Virus record (IMG/VR): IMGVR_UViG_3300037346_000623
Location: 32,001-96,000 of that record
DNA length: 64,000 bases
Direction: 5' to 3' (one strand)
Source of the DNA: a virus
The notes beneath the pieces are model-generated. The model had not been told where the DNA came from. It did no database searches and saw only the letters and a list, made by a program, of their open reading frames with translations. Each line of letters begins with the position of its first letter. Positions within the stretch are counted from its first letter, which is position 1. Both the position numbers and the translations under genes were made by a program. Positions 61,673-64,000 of this stretch are shown here, piece by piece.

Positions 61673-62596
61673 TTATTTTTCTAGTTGCTTCAAAAATTCA
61701 TCAACAACTGGCTGAAATCTAGCATCAACATGAATCTTAAGATTTACCGCTTCGCCGATTTTATTTTGGCGTTCCGTCTCAAAATCGTGACTAGCTTTCT
61801 TGTAATCTGCTAACCAGGATTCTCTCTTTTTGGTATATTCATTCATCACAAGAGCATTCTTTTCATTAACCTCAGCCTGAGCATCAGCATTGATTTTAGA
61901 AATCCTTGAATTCTCCTTGGTTACAGAATTCTTAACCTTCGATTTAAAATAATTAACCCTTTGTTCGTATCCCCTATGAAGGGCTGCTAACTCCTCGTGA
62001 GTTTTTAATAAATCCTCTGATTTATGGTGAACTTTAACTTTAATTGGAGTTTTCTTTCCTATTTCAACTTCCATGAACTCAAGGAGTTGAATTTTGGGAA
62101 GCTCAGATCTCAATCGATCTAAAGTTCCATTCTTATGAATAAATTGACCTATATGAGAAGCATAAGCCTCTGCCTCGATAAATTCATTATGCTCGTCTAG
62201 TGAAAGTTGACCCCATCCCCAATCATCAGTAACTTGTGCAGTGATTTCGGGCTGGATGTTAGCTTCTCTTACAGGTGAAGGATTTTGATCCTCATAATCA
62301 AGGTGCTCTCTCTTGATTTCATTTATTAATTCATCTTTGGCCTTGATGTTCTCCATAAGAAAAGCTTGTGTTGCATGCAACCTTGCCTTAGATTTAAGAA
62401 GTTCAACAACATCTGCAGGCAAAGGGTTTGCAGCAGTTAATTGATGATCCTCTTTAGAGATCTTTATCGTTTTTGATGCGTTGTTGATGTCAGCTAAGGC
62501 TGCAGTTATATCCTTAGATCTTTGGTTACAGAGATTTGATACTGATTGAGCCTGTGACATTGATAATCCTTTTTCTGCTAATGAATTTCTTTTCAT
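61673..62596 (-). CDS. Hypothetical helical/coiled-coil protein
   Basis: 307-aa ORF with normal composition. Confidence 0.75.
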   Translation of the reverse strand: MKRNSLAEKGLSMSQAQSVSNLCNQRSKDITAALADINNASKTIKISKEDHQLTAANPLPADVVELLKSKARLHATQAFLMENIKAKDELINEIKREHLDYEDQNPSPVREANIQPEITAQVTDDWGWGQLSLDEHNEFIEAEAYASHIGQFIHKNGTLDRLRSELPKIQLLEFMEVEIGKKTPIKVKVHHKSEDLLKTHEELAALHRGYEQRVNYFKSKVKNSVTKENSRISKINADAQAEVNEKNALVMNEYTKKRESWLADYKKASHDFETERQNKIGEAVNLKIHVDARFQPVVDEFLKQLEK

Positions 62597-62642
62597 AATT
62601 TCTAATTTTTGTTTTTATAATATTTTCTAAATTTACTCTAAT

Positions 62643-62680
62643 AAAAAAGGGATTAAGTCGCTTGGCGTCCTAACCCCTTT
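62643..62680 (-). terminator. Terminator after the Y-RNA-like array
   Basis: AAAGGGGTTAG...TTAATCCCTTTTTT hairpin. Confidence 0.6.
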
Positions 62681-62689
62681 ATAAAACTA

Positions 62690-62830
62690 ACAGAGAATGA
62701 TGTAAGAAGTGTTAACAATTTAATGTCTGATTATGAGTCAGATGACTTAACCACTTGTCTAAATTTCCATTTTGGCGGAAACTATCGGAGTCGAACCGAT
62801 GTGCGATGTAACTTCTATACTTACTACTGT
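62690..62830 (-). ncRNA. Y-RNA-like (YrlA-like) RNA A: circularly permuted tRNA(CAT) opened at the variable loop
   Basis: Order is T-arm ATCGG-TTCGACT-CCGAT, AGTTTCC-GCCAAAAT-GGAAATT, D-arm, TCTGA-CTCATAA-TCAGA; closed by the conserved outer stem. Confidence 0.8.
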
Positions 62831-62840
62831 CGTATGTTTT

Positions 62841-62995
62841 ATAAGGGAATGATGTAAATAGCGTTTTTTCTAACGTGCTCTACCAACTGAGCTATTCCTC
62901 CAAATTTTTAATTTGTTTAGTGGAGGAAGATGGATTCGAACCACCGACACTGTGCTTTCAATGCATGCGAAGTAACTATTTTACTGACCACTTAT
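62841..62995 (-). ncRNA. Y-RNA-like (YrlA-like) RNA B: permuted tRNA opened at the anticodon arm
   Basis: GTGTCGGTGG-TTCGAAT-CCATC, TTCCTCC-loop-GGAGGAA, GCTC-AGTTGGTA-GAGC; outer stem ATAAGTGGT...ATCATTCCCTTAT. Confidence 0.82.
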
Positions 62996-63005
62996 AATAT
63001 GTTTT

Positions 63006-63135
63006 TGTAAGGGAATGACAGGACGAAAGAAATGATGTTTTTGCTGGAGTTGAACCAGCTACCTTAAATACCAAAAATTTACGATCTACCAAATGATCTA
63101 AAAAACGATGAATTTCGTTACCTTTACCACTTACA
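63006..63135 (-). ncRNA. Y-RNA-like RNA C: unpermuted tRNA mimic (TTG loop) extended from the acceptor stem
   Basis: GTTTTT/AAAAAC, GATC D-stem, TAAAT-TTTTGGT-ATTTA, GCTGG-TTCAACT-CCAGC; outer stem TGTAAGTGGT...GTCATTCCCTTACA. Confidence 0.78.
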
Positions 63136-63223
63136 ATAATACTTTTTCAATGAACGTTTTGTGATTTTTATATATAGGAAAATCTTTTTTGTTTCATAAA
63201 AAATCAATATTTTTTAAAAATTT

Positions 63224-63389
63224 AACGTTCTTAGAGATATTGGGAAGAGAATGCTTAGAAAGGGATGCTAATAGTTTTTGCGGGAGTTGAACCCGCGACC
63301 TTAAATATTAAAAATTTACGCCCTACCAACTGGGCTAAAAAACGAAGTAACCTTTCAATTTACCACTAACCAATATTTCTAAGAACGTT
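63224..63389 (-). ncRNA. Y-RNA-like RNA D: unpermuted tRNA mimic (TTA loop) extended from the acceptor stem
   Basis: GTTTTT/AAAAAC, GCCC D-stem, TAAAT-TTTTAAT-ATTTA, GCGGG-TTCAACT-CCCGC; long outer stem AACGTTCTTAGA.ATATTGG/CCAATAT.TCTAAGAACGTT. Confidence 0.78.
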
Positions 63390-63393
63390 TTTG

Positions 63394-63470
63394 TTGGATG
63401 AATGGGAATCGAACCCACATGTGACCAGTTAACCTTTCTATCGCGTATCAGGCGAAGGGTATATCATCCA
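63394..63470 (-). ncRNA. Atypical tRNA-like RNA (GAT loop, no canonical D-arm)
   Basis: TGGATGA/TCATCCA acceptor, GTGGG-TTCGATT-CCCAT T-arm, TCGC-CTGATAC-GCGA hairpin. Confidence 0.55.
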
Positions 63471-63479
63471 ATATTTTTG

Positions 63480-63551
63480 TGACTCTAGAGGGATTCGAAC
63501 CCCCATCTTCTGGGCCGTAACCAGGTGTTCTATCCGTTGAACTATAAAGCC
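63480..63551 (-). tRNA. tRNA-Arg(ACG)
   Basis: GGCTTTA/TAGAGTC, CTGG-TTACGGC-CCAG, GGTTCGAATCC. Confidence 0.85.
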
Positions 63552-63736
63552 TATTAAATTAATTCACCAAGCCTACCATCTACAAGTAGCAACAAATGTG
63601 ATAATCCTTTCGTTGACTAGCGCTATACGCAAAGTTGCAACTAATCAGGCACTTAGATGACGCCTTCCTTTCTCACGTATTAAGGTTACACTTCAGAAAT
63701 TTACCTCTACGGTCACTTGGTGAATTATTTTTTTAT

Positions 63737-63910
63737 TTATAATCGGCTCTGAAGAATTCCTATCTCCCTATTCAATCTCCTGACGTCAGAGTCTGTTAAT
63801 GAAATTTTAGTATCCCTTGTACCTTTTTCTGTTTTAACCCCGCTTTTTAATTGTTCCTCCAACATAGACAATGCTCTTGTTTGTCTGGATCTTCTCTGGA
63901 TTGTTGCCAT
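63737..63910 (-). CDS. Small basic hypothetical protein (57 aa)
   Basis: MATIQRRSRQTRALSMLEEQLKSG...LQSRL*; early-promoter-like motif upstream. Confidence 0.55.
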   Translation of the reverse strand: MATIQRRSRQTRALSMLEEQLKSGVKTEKGTRDTKISLTDSDVRRLNREIGILQSRL

Positions 63911-64000
63911 TTTTTGTATGTTTAATTATTATAATGTAAATATATGATATTTTTTCGTGATAAAAAATTAATTTGTAATTTTTTCAATAATAATTTCCTT

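Noticed and set aside
62690-63389. Repeated motifs as a CRISPR array or as four ordinary tRNAs
   Set aside because: The shared motifs are the two strands of a stem enclosing tRNA-like domains. A and B are permuted; C and D have 6-bp A/U acceptor stems embedded in longer helices without CCA ends.

Overview
A 64-kb, AT-rich segment of a large T4-like (myovirus/jumbo) phage genome. Almost everything is on the minus strand and uses the standard genetic code. TAnnTTTG promoters and SD-less, A-rich starts point to a Bacteroidota host (inference). The window holds: replication/recombination genes (clamp loader, ligase, gp41-like helicase, UvsX, gp46/47); a morphogenesis block with two tandem portal paralogs, two tail tubes, sheath, terminases and gp14/gp15-like proteins; two sigma factors; a 4x35-bp iteron-like array; a nine-gene glycosylation island (Gmd/Fcl, GT11, GT6, GT7, GT2, FkbM); a ClpC-like ATPase; collagen-like tail-fibre genes; and a non-coding-RNA-rich end with about 13 tRNA/tRNA-like genes. 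The top observations are: (1) an unannotated 30-codon leader peptide with a terminator/antiterminator switch in front of the tRNA array, whose codons match the downstream tRNAs almost one-for-one, suggesting a tRNA-demand attenuator; (2) a Ro60/TROVE gene near four Y-RNA-like RNAs in which one conserved stem is grafted onto tRNA scaffolds at three different positions; (3) a ~380-nt structured RNA between a conserved-looking ORF and the TROVE gene; (4) two candidate programmed frameshifts. All calls come from reading motifs by eye; no searches were run.
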